64,000 nt of DNA. Source: Alloascoidea hylecoeti. Its lineage: Eukaryota. The stretch is from positions 1,682,294 through 1,746,293 of the forward strand of contig BCKZ01000002.1 of NCBI GenBank assembly GCA_001600815.1, given 5' to 3'. Below, piece after piece: positions 49,454-58,981 of the stretch. Within the stretch, counting starts at the first letter, position 1. Every line of letters begins with the position of its first letter. Made by a program: the position numbers and the translations under genes. The notes under the pieces are model-generated. The model was given only the letters and a program-made list of their open reading frames with translations, ran no database searches and had not been told where the DNA came from.

Positions 49454-50864
49454 TTAAAAATTAACACTAGCATCGAAATATAATTCCGGATCTAATAAAC
49501 TAATATCAGCACTTGTTGCTTCACCATCTAATATTAATTCAGCCATAACTTTACCAGTACCAGGAGCATTATTTATTCCCCAACAACTATGGCCACTTGC
49601 AAGATATAAATTTTCAACATTTGTTTTACCAATCAATGGACCAGAAGCTGAAGGAACATCTAATACTGGTAAATAACAAGCTTGTCTTTTTAAAACTGTA
49701 CCAGATTCTAATTCTTTTGAAATCTTTTTTGCATAATTAAATAATTCATCACATTTTTCATGGATTACTTCAACATCATCAGTTGTTTCAGGGACACCAA
49801 CCAATGTATCACCTTCACCACAAACATAAACTTCATCAGGTCTTGAATAAATTTCTGGAGAAACATATTGACCTCTACTTATTTTTAATTCGGTGAAAAT
49901 AGCGTAAGGACTAACATTATGAGGAGTTGAAATTGTAATTGAATGAGCTCTTAATCCACTTATTGGACAATCAGGTAAGATTTTAGAAGTCCATGGACCA
50001 ACAGTCATTATAAATTTTGAAGCATTTAAAGTTTTAAAATTAAAAGATGAAGAATTTAAAACTTCCTTTGAAGTTGATGGTATATAAGTAACTGATTCTG
50101 CTGAACCATTATCATTATTATAATTAATTGTTAAAACTTTACCAATTATTAAATCTACAGAACCAGTTTCCATTGCTTTTTTCAATAAAAAATTCGTAAA
50201 TTTATAAGGATGAACTTGAGCAGTACTATCAGTACCTCCTAAACTTGAACAACCTTCAATGATATCATTTTTAATCCAATTTAAATCAGGAGGTAATTGT
50301 GGACCTTTTGGTATTCTTGTTGAACCAGTTGATTTTTTAGTTTTTCCCTTTTTATTATTTATATTATTGTTGTTGTTATTCATTGATTCAACATGATGTT
50401 GGAAACTGGAATCATAAGAATCACTACTATAATCAGTATCTAGTTCTTCATGTGTATAATGATGTAAATGATGACGATGATTATGGTGATTAGAATCAAT
50501 ATTGGCTTCAATAGAAACAGTTGTTAATCTTCTATAGCCCCATTCTTTTTCGCCATTGTATTCATCCGCTAGATCTTGATGTAATTGAAAAGACATTGGG
50601 ACTAATTGTTGAGGGAAAGCCCACAAAGCTAACAAACCACCAGCTTTACCACTGGCACCGCCAGCGACTCTTTTTGATTCCAGGATCGTTATATGATGAG
50701 TACTTGGGGAGAATTTGGGATGACGGGTTAGATAATAAGCGGTAGAAACGCCGATGATTCCAGCACCTTTAAAATATGCAATAGTTAGTATTATAAATAT
50801 ATATTTGTACTTAAAATGGTATAAACTTACCAACTATTACTATATGCTGTTTCTCCGAGGGCAT
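49454..50864 (-). CDS. TDA3: FAD-dependent oxidoreductase Tda3/Btn3, 2 exons (intron 50830-50767)
   Basis: Spliced HIVIVG|AGIIGVSTAYYL, GGASGKAGGLLA, TAQVHPYKFT, ASGHSCWGINNAPGTGKVMAE. Confidence 0.9.
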
Positions 50865-51130
50865 ATTTATAAAGGATTACACTGATATATTAATATTATG
50901 AGATGCCGCAACGAATAAACCAAATAAATAAATAAAACTGCGTTGAGCACAAATCGAAAGATTTAACTTGGCAGGTGCAAAAGAAAAAAAGATGAATTTG
51001 AATTTTTTGAATATTAGAAAAGTAAAAAAGCAAAATAAATCAATAAATCAGAATAGAATAATCCCGGACCCGGGCGTCAGCTGTTCTGCAGGCTATCACC
51101 GGAACAGGAAGGCCCGGTGGTTAGTGTCGG

Positions 51131-51799
51131 TCAGACCAGCAGGAGAAGCACCAAAAGCACACAGAGCGCAATTATCAGTAGCGCAATGCAACAACTTCCT
51201 AAAGTGTCCTGGTTCTTGCGCAAGACAGTCTCCACCCGTTTGACCCCACGGCCCAACTTGTCCTGCACTCGGTCCATATCTCTTCCCAAGTCGTCAACTA
51301 AAACAGCTTGCTCCTCTAATTCGTCGTTCATTTCGAATGCTTGCTGGCGCAGATTCTGCACGGTTGAATAGACCTGGTCCAAATGTCCGTCCTGCTCCTG
51401 GAGCATCTGCTGCTGTGCAAATTCATTGTAATTGTCGTAATCCGGTTCATCCGGCCCTCCATCAGTGCTGATCCGGTTCCTAACATCCGTACTGTTCGTA
51501 CTATTACTATTATTAAACAGAGAAACCGTTTTATTCATCTCGTTCTCCAAATCCCCTACTATTCGTTTCCGGCTCAGTATCTCATTTGCATCCAATCCGA
51601 ACTCCTCGGGTCGAACTCCGGAGATTTTGATCGAGGATTTCATATCGCCAATGGTTTCCTCCAGTTCCTCTAATATATTGTTGAAATCTTGTCTTCGTTC
51701 TTCCGGTGTTTGTTGTGTTGGTTGAAACGGGGTCAACATGTTTCGTAGGTTTCCAAGACGTTCTTTGGCATCCTGATATACTTGTGGGAATGGATCCAT
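51131..51799 (-). CDS. TLG1: Qc-SNARE, syntaxin-6/Tlg1 family
   Basis: MDPFPQVYQDA start, PEEFGL, EQDGHLDQV..NLRQQAFEMNDELEEQ SNARE motif, CCIALLIIAL tail anchor. Confidence 0.9.
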   Translation of the reverse strand: MDPFPQVYQDAKERLGNLRNMLTPFQPTQQTPEERRQDFNNILEELEETIGDMKSSIKISGVRPEEFGLDANEILSRKRIVGDLENEMNKTVSLFNNSNSTNSTDVRNRISTDGGPDEPDYDNYNEFAQQQMLQEQDGHLDQVYSTVQNLRQQAFEMNDELEEQAVLVDDLGRDMDRVQDKLGRGVKRVETVLRKNQDTLGSCCIALLIIALCVLLVLLLLV

Positions 51800-51872
51800 T
51801 GTGTGCTTTCTATTTCGTTTTCTATCTATGTCTGTTTGTGTGGTTCTGCTTGTTGGGTGTAATTATAAATGG

Positions 51873-51880
51873 CCGGGTAA
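51873..51880. promoter_or_regulatory. CCGGGTAA (Reb1-type site) in the 143-bp TLG1/SDC1 divergent promoter
   Basis: Exact match to the TTACCCGG consensus, midway between the two ATGs; adjacent (GACATT)n at 51898-51920. Confidence 0.45.
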
Positions 51881-51942
51881 CTTGTATTTTTCACGTTGAC
51901 ATTGACATTGACATTGACATCGACACGATTCTCCAAAAAAAA

Positions 51943-52814
51943 ATGTCAAGTATTCGTGATTTAATAAACAATCCTGAGGTATTTATTAATAAATTTTCAT
52001 CTTTTTATAGTAGTATATAACTAATTTGCCTTGTTTTGATATTAGGATTCTATTCCAACTAATACTGATATTCATAATGATTCCTCCATTCAAATCTCAA
52101 ATATATCATTACATCCTGAATCACAGGATATAAATGTTCAGTCTAATAATACTATCAATTCGGAACCTCAATCTCAATTACAACCTAATGACTTTCAAAA
52201 TCAAAATATAATAACACCAACACCTGTTACACCTGCTGATGATCTAGGTATAAATTTACAATCACAACAACCTATTTTATATTCTCAAGTTTCAATACCT
52301 TCATCGAATCAGATAGCATCTGTAAAAAACACGTCAATATTCTCAAATGTATCAAACTTAAATTCAAATCCAACTTCAAATCCAACTTCAAATAATTCTT
52401 CAAGAAATTCAACACCAAATATAGAATCCCATAATCATACACCAAATCCTCATCAACATCATAATCATGGTAATCATACAAAAGATAATGTTAAATTTCC
52501 AACAAAATTACCTGATGTCCCACCAAATGAAAAAGCTTCGGATTTAATTGGTGGTGCTAATGTTAGAAGATGGTTAAATGAAAAAGTAACTCCTTCGTTA
52601 TTAGAAGGAATGAGAATGATTGCAAAAGAAAAGTATGTTCATTTATTTATTTATTTATTTATTTAAATCATAAGTATTAACCTTTTGTTTTAGACCTGAC
52701 AAACCTTTAGAAATGCTTGGGAAATTCTTTATGGAAAAAAGTAAACTTCTAGAAAGTGAGAATGAAAATGACATACAAATGAATGAAAATGAAAATGAAG
52801 AGGAAAATAATTAA
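51943..52814 (+). CDS. SDC1: COMPASS subunit Sdc1/Dpy-30, 3 exons (51943-51978, 52046-52632, 52694-52814); not called by the ORF track
   Basis: Spliced frame is open; IGGANVRRWLNEKVTPSLLEGMRMIAKEK|PDKPLEMLGKFFME is the Dpy-30 motif; GTATTT..TAG and GTATGT..TAG introns. Confidence 0.93.
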
Positions 52815-54102
52815 AAATAAAATTATTAGAAAGTAATTTGACTCTGACTCAAATTTAAAATCATAATTTATTAATATAGCATACCTTTACATCTTTCTTA
52901 ATACTGATTCAAATCGATAGCATTCAAATTCAAAATATTTGTAATTGATTGTCATTGTACAGCTAGAGGTATAATAACCATCAATTCCTAATTTAAGATG
53001 TAAATAAAAAAAACTCACTAAATCAATTGTAGGAATTATTAATGATTTTGCTTTGGATTTAACATTTAATTCATTTGTATCAATTTTAAATATCTTGAAT
53101 TTTCATTTTCTGTATAATTTGCATAATTACTGTATTATGACGAAAATATCCCAAGGACTTGAAGGGAAGTAGAATGCTTTATGTAGTTTTCTAAGGACAT
53201 TTATCCCCAGCCTGAATTCGTCATATTGTAGAAACATTTTCGTCGTTTTCGTATGTGTATTTGAAATTTCATAATTACGTCACAATACTCGACATTCACT
53301 GAAGCCAAATAACGAAAACTAGGTCACTCCGTAAACTAAATATGAGTTTCAATGTACCAAAAATACACAAAAGTGATAAAACTGTCTTTCCAATGTGGCA
53401 AATTCAATCTCGTGAAACTGTAATGCTTTAATATAAAAGTTTATGCTTTGAAATTGGTAATATTGTATAAAATTATAGTATTGAATATTATGAGAGTGAA
53501 CTTATGTGTATATTACGATTCATAGTTAAATATAAGATACTACCGTATACGTAATTATAGGTTATCCAAACATTCAAAATGGGAATGACTTAAAGTACAT
53601 AAGTTAGTACTCTCATAAATCTAATTAAAGGCCTCTTACAAAGGTTGTATGTGTGGAAACGTGGGATGGCTCCTTTTTTCTACAATTAGGATCTCCAATC
53701 ACCATATACAATGAATTACGTCCTTCTTTCCAAATTTTAATCCATACCATAAGACTCACAGACCAATAATTCCCTATACTATAAATAGTTTTCGATTCAA
53801 AGGCTTAGTGTTACGGTTGTGGACCATACAATTTTCCAGATTCTGATGATCCCGACCTAACATTCGCCACTATATAAAACACCATCCAGATCCCAAATGC
53901 TATTAGATCACTCCAATATATATTTATGCAATACCATTCTATTCATTTGGTTCTTCTCACTTAGGTAAGACCAATTACCCGACGGAAATATTACATATTC
54001 ATGTATTTACAGAAGGAATCTTAGGTGGTATTTGATATTCGAATGCTGAAGTTTGAAGCCATATATATACGCACAGATCAAATATTTCAATCCACTTAGT
54101 TG

Positions 54103-54210
54103 GTTGCAATTACTTTCTAGAAGTGGAATTGTCTGAAATACTGCTTAAGGGTCTACTTTAAATAGCTATATTACTTCAATTATAATATATTTAATCGTAT
54201 AATGGAGGTA
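54103..54210 (+). pseudogene. Probable relic of the same zinc-finger family
   Basis: Translates VAITF*KWNCLKYCLRVYFK* then YNIFNR..NG, versus AAITVEGKYLCKNCPKAFKG..DNHFKRIHNG and FLITSEEKFNCERCERQFKG. Confidence 0.5.
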
Positions 54211-54489
54211 TACATTCACATTAGACACAATATCTACGTACAGAATATGAAGGAAATATTTACAACTTTTCAATTAATATATATATAGAACCATGATCTA
54301 TCATCATTATAGCTTCACCTATCTACAATTTTATATCATATCAATATCAATTTATAAGTGATAATAATAATATTCACAAATGCATATTCATACACTGTGT
54401 GAACTTATTAATCATGATTTGGAGAACAACTACATTTGCAATCGTAATTGTATTTTATTAATTTATTAAATATATATTAATATTGAAAT

Positions 54490-55044
54490 CTAATTATATA
54501 ATTTTAAACCACTCTTGCACGGCTGGTTATTGATACAATCCCGTTTATGTTTCGTTAACATGTGTGATGTCGCATATGTAAAACCACACCGTGAACAACT
54601 GTAAGGTAACAGTCCAAGATGTATACTNTGGAAGTGATTCCGTAATGATTTTTGGCCCTTGAATTGTCTCTCACATCTCTCACAATTAAATTTTTCTTCT
54701 GAAGTAATCAAAAAAGAATTATCTTTTGAAACCGGTTTGGGTCCAACTGGAGCAGTTTCATTATCACTATCAATATGAACTGGGGTCTGACTATTATTAT
54801 CTACATCCTCACTGTTGATATTGTGAATACTGTATGTTTCTTTAACTACAGTTCCTGGATCTTTTGGTTCCTCTAGTTCCTCTGGCTCATCTGTCGTTTC
54901 TGACTCTTCTAGATCGTCTAACTTCTCTGGCTCTTCTGGTGCTGGAAGATCACCTCTATAAGCAGCAAGGAATTCTTCTAAATGCTCTCTAGCGTAAATG
55001 CTTTGTTCGTATGGGAGTCCCCCAAGTGGTCTATTATCATTCAT
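54490..55044 (-). CDS. 184-aa zinc-finger protein (acidic N-terminus, C2H2 + C2HC), copy A
   Basis: FNCERCERQFKGQKSLRNHFxSIH and YSCSRCGFTYATSHMLTKHKRDC. Confidence 0.85.
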   Translation of the reverse strand: MNDNRPLGGLPYEQSIYAREHLEEFLAAYRGDLPAPEEPEKLDDLEESETTDEPEELEEPKDPGTVVKETYSIHNINSEDVDNNSQTPVHIDSDNETAPVGPKPVSKDNSFLITSEEKFNCERCERQFKGQKSLRNHFXSIHLGLLPYSCSRCGFTYATSHMLTKHKRDCINNQPCKSGLKLYN

Positions 55045-55482
55045 TTTATATAGTGTTGGTAATAAAATTAATTATAGTGAGCGATGAGGAAAAGAGAAAA
55101 AGAGCAGATGGCCCTTTAAGTCGGAAAACTTTCATGTCCCTTCCTTATTAGTCTGATGCTGATACTCCAAATTACTTATAACATCACCATTTNGGTAATT
55201 ACAGTGGAAAGAGCTAGTGTTTAATAAAGAAATAAAAACACACAAATATATGCATATGCATGTACACACTTACTAGATGTGGAAACTGCTTTTATTTCTT
55301 TATTAAACACTAGCTCTTTCCACTGTAATTACCNAAATGGTGATGTTATAAGTAATTTGGAGTATCAGCATCAGACTAATAAGGAAGGGACATGAAAGTT
55401 TTCCGACTTAAAGGGCCATCTGCTCTTTTTCTCTTTTCCTCATCGCTCACTATAATTAATTTTATTACCAACACTATATAAA

Positions 55483-56037
55483 ATGAATGATAATAGACCA
55501 CTTGGGGGACTCCCATACGAACAAAGCATTTACGCTAGAGAGCATTTAGAAGAATTCCTTGCTGCTTATAGAGGTGATCTTCCAGCACCAGAAGAGCCAG
55601 AGAAGTTAGACGATCTAGAAGAGTCAGAAACGACAGATGAGCCAGAGGAACTAGAGGAACCAAAAGATCCAGGAACTGTAGTTAAAGAAACATACAGTAT
55701 TCACAATATCAACAGTGAGGATGTAGATAATAATAGTCAGACCCCAGTTCATATTGATAGTGATAATGAAACTGCTCCAGTTGGACCCAAACCGGTTTCA
55801 AAAGATAATTCTTTTTTGATTACTTCAGAAGAAAAATTTAATTGTGAGAGATGTGAGAGACAATTCAAGGGCCAAAAATCATTACGGAATCACTTCCAAA
55901 GTATACATCTTGGACTGTTACCTTACAGTTGTTCACGGTGTGGTTTTACATATGCGACATCACACATGTTAACGAAACATAAACGGGATTGTATCAATAA
56001 CCAGCCGTGCAAGAGTGGTTTAAAATTATATAATTAG
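55483..56037 (+). CDS. 184-aa zinc-finger protein, copy B (head-to-head)
   Basis: Identical to copy A apart from the N-containing codon. Confidence 0.85.
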   Translation: MNDNRPLGGLPYEQSIYAREHLEEFLAAYRGDLPAPEEPEKLDDLEESETTDEPEELEEPKDPGTVVKETYSIHNINSEDVDNNSQTPVHIDSDNETAPVGPKPVSKDNSFLITSEEKFNCERCERQFKGQKSLRNHFQSIHLGLLPYSCSRCGFTYATSHMLTKHKRDCINNQPCKSGLKLYN

Positions 56038-56950
56038 ATTTCAATATTAATATATATTTAATAAATTAATAAAATACAAATACTAACATTTCTTTTATCC
56101 ATTATGCCATTAATTGGCGCTTGTTGGATACAACATCTTCCACCATAAATCTGGAACCCGAAGATTGAAAATGAATCTACAAGTACTAGTGAGGGTACTC
56201 AACCACAATGATCTCCTGCGAAAGAGGAATAATTCATCGCTGATGATGATATTGAAAAACAATTACAAAATTCATAAGTTGCATGCAGTTGTTTAACATG
56301 TAAAAGATTGTGATCATGATATTGATGGAAGTTTTACTCATAAATAACGGGAAATTTTGCTCAAAGAATAATTTCTGAAAGAATATAGACGTGTCAGAAA
56401 ATGGCAGATATTTAATTTGATTTGCTATGCTTAAATAAATCCATTTCTTTGATATGTTACTTAAAATATCTTCCATATTTATACGTTTATTTATGGCTTA
56501 CATAGTACAAGTTGGGAATCTTAAAATTGAAGCAGAAGATATCTAGAAATATTAGAAAAAATTAACATGTTGTAATAAATCATTTAATATATGGCAAATA
56601 ATTGTGCTATACCATTAGCAAGGACTATAATCTCATCCAATTGTTGAAAACGTAGTGTACCGGTACGCGTTGCTTCCTTTTTGCTGATTGAATATAAATG
56701 GTTGTAATTATGCAAAACTAAGATGGTACAACGGTGCTAGCAGCGAAAAAATATTGGCGGAGAAAGAGGGAGTATGGTGGAACAACATATGCTACATCTC
56801 GTCCTTAAAGCCTCTTATCAGATAAATAGATTAAGACAAATAGATAAACTTCCATTTACTAACCTTATCTCACTTTCTCATATTAATCTATCAACTCACA
56901 TATAAACTACACATAAGTAACTTACATTAAAAACTTTTGAGCATTAAAGA

Positions 56951-58981
56951 TTAACTATAAATTGGAACACTAATGGAATCTTTACCAAGTACAATAAGGT
57001 TCAATTTGTTATCAATGATTAAAGTTTGAAAATATTTAGGATTATAGTCCACTAATGGATTATTTAAACTAATAAATTTCCATTTTTTAGCTTCAATGTC
57101 ATAAAGCATCAAATATTTAAAGCTTTTCCTATCCAATATTTGAATATTTGGATCAAAGATAGCTTCAAGGTAAAATTGAACTTTTATTGCTACATTATTA
57201 TTATTCCAGAAATATGGATCAACTGTCATTTCGATTATATCAAAATTAGGATACTTAATGTTTATTATAGATTGAAGAATATCAATTGTAGGAGTTTCAA
57301 CTATGGCCTTCCAAGCACAATGATCGTGATTATTACCATAATAACCATTGGAATCTATTTTATTTGAAGTGATATATCTTGAAGTATCAACGTCAACTTT
57401 TAAATGTTGATCATTATCAATGTTATTATCAATCATATTTAGGAAATTTATCACTGAAGTCCATAATAGTTGAAAGTCATCAATACGACAAACATTATTA
57501 AAGAATTCGTCATCTAAAATTTTCCAGTTATAATGGATTTTGAACAAATTTGATCCAATCATGATAATCTGGGGGGTAAGGAGATGAGTATTCATTTGAT
57601 GCCTTTCATACCAGGACATCCGAAATGTTCGTATCCTATATTCTGATACTCTTTGGTCGTAGTTGATTTTATATTTACCCATGTATTCTCCATTGGGAGT
57701 TTTAAACACTAACCAATAGTAAATGTCCACAGTTTGAATATCATAAACATTAAAAGAGTGCACTCTGACTGGTACTAGAGTATAAAAATCGGATATTTGG
57801 ATTTTAAAAAAAGTGGGAATTGATAAACTGTCAAAAATAAGTAGATTTAGATTCTCTTCAATATTGTATCGCAATTGTATTGTAGCTTTCCACACCATCG
57901 ATGATTGTAATTGATCATGAGATACATGAACGTCAGCGATACTGGTCTTCTTATAGCACTTTATAACTATAGGCATATATTTTCCACTATTATCCCCTAG
58001 ATGATCGATTGAGATTAAATACTTTCCTGAAGTGATATCATTAATTTTTAAGAATTTTTCAGGTGTGAATAAGTTACTACGTCTGATTGCACAATCCCTC
58101 ATTGTTTTTCTTTTTCTTCTTTTATAAAGTAAGTTAAATAATATAGGATCATAAAACTTTTTATCAAAATTCTTAGGTATATTTAAATATAACTGTTCAG
58201 AAAAATTGACAGGCAATATCCAATTGCTAGTTCTAGAACTATCTTTAACTTCAGTTGAAATAACATTTTCCCAATTGAATTGATGTAATGGTTTATTAAT
58301 TATTGCTGACGTTTGGGGGTATTTTGTACATAAGTTATTGACCAATTTTTTCGATTTTAAAATTGATTTTGTGTCTTGCTGAAAATAAATATTTGACTGA
58401 TTCTTGCAAACTGGTGAACACAATGGAATTATTTGAACCACACATTCATCATCAGGATGACGATCTTGTTCTATAATAGTTGTATCAGTAATTGTATTTT
58501 CAACTGAAGAAAATTTTAAAAGTCCAACAGGTGCAAAGTCTAGAAGAAATAAATCATTATATTCTACTTCATTTAGCAGAGTAAAAAAGTTCAGATACCT
58601 ATTTTCGAAATCACTATCAAAGTCACTATATTCATGAACAATCTGATTTTGCCATAGCGAGAAAGCTGCCTTGCCATTTTCAATTATTTTAAAGCTTGGT
58701 TCTTCAAGTAAATCACAATTAAACAGATTCACAGTTTTAACAGGTTCATTGATCAAACTCTGGATCATTTTGTTTTGTTTGTATTTTAATGATTTGATGC
58801 TCTTTCTTTGATTCCCTTTTGTGAGTGAATCCATTATAACAGCTGCATATTGCTCATTATAGTTCTGATTATAATAGGTGAAGAACAAATTACATGTCTT
58901 GAACAATCTGAGGGCATCGACCGGAGAAAGATGCTCTGCGATGAGAATAATGACATCTCGAGGAAGGTCTACCAATTTCAT
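56951..58981 (-). CDS. Lineage-specific F-box protein
   Basis: N-terminal MKLVDLPRDVIILIAEHLSPVDALRLFKTCNLF is a typical F-box; 676-aa intronless ORF. Confidence 0.82.
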   Translation of the reverse strand: MKLVDLPRDVIILIAEHLSPVDALRLFKTCNLFFTYYNQNYNEQYAAVIMDSLTKGNQRKSIKSLKYKQNKMIQSLINEPVKTVNLFNCDLLEEPSFKIIENGKAAFSLWQNQIVHEYSDFDSDFENRYLNFFTLLNEVEYNDLFLLDFAPVGLLKFSSVENTITDTTIIEQDRHPDDECVVQIIPLCSPVCKNQSNIYFQQDTKSILKSKKLVNNLCTKYPQTSAIINKPLHQFNWENVISTEVKDSSRTSNWILPVNFSEQLYLNIPKNFDKKFYDPILFNLLYKRRKRKTMRDCAIRRSNLFTPEKFLKINDITSGKYLISIDHLGDNSGKYMPIVIKCYKKTSIADVHVSHDQLQSSMVWKATIQLRYNIEENLNLLIFDSLSIPTFFKIQISDFYTLVPVRVHSFNVYDIQTVDIYYWLVFKTPNGEYMGKYKINYDQRVSEYRIRTFRMSWYERHQMNTHLLTPQIIMIGSNLFKIHYNWKILDDEFFNNVCRIDDFQLLWTSVINFLNMIDNNIDNDQHLKVDVDTSRYITSNKIDSNGYYGNNHDHCAWKAIVETPTIDILQSIINIKYPNFDIIEMTVDPYFWNNNNVAIKVQFYLEAIFDPNIQILDRKSFKYLMLYDIEAKKWKFISLNNPLVDYNPKYFQTLIIDNKLNLIVLGKDSISVPIYS

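Larger units (their letters stand above)
54448..56079. repeat. Palindrome 3: inverted arms 54448-55237 and 55290-56079 with a 52-bp spacer
   Basis: Mirror positions sum to 110527; mirrored N calls at 55193/55334; one unpaired N at 54628. Confidence 0.97.

Noticed and set aside
56081..56087. Perfect TACTAAC branch-point motif at the edge of palindrome 3
   Set aside because: No convincing upstream donor or nearby acceptor giving an extended reading frame.
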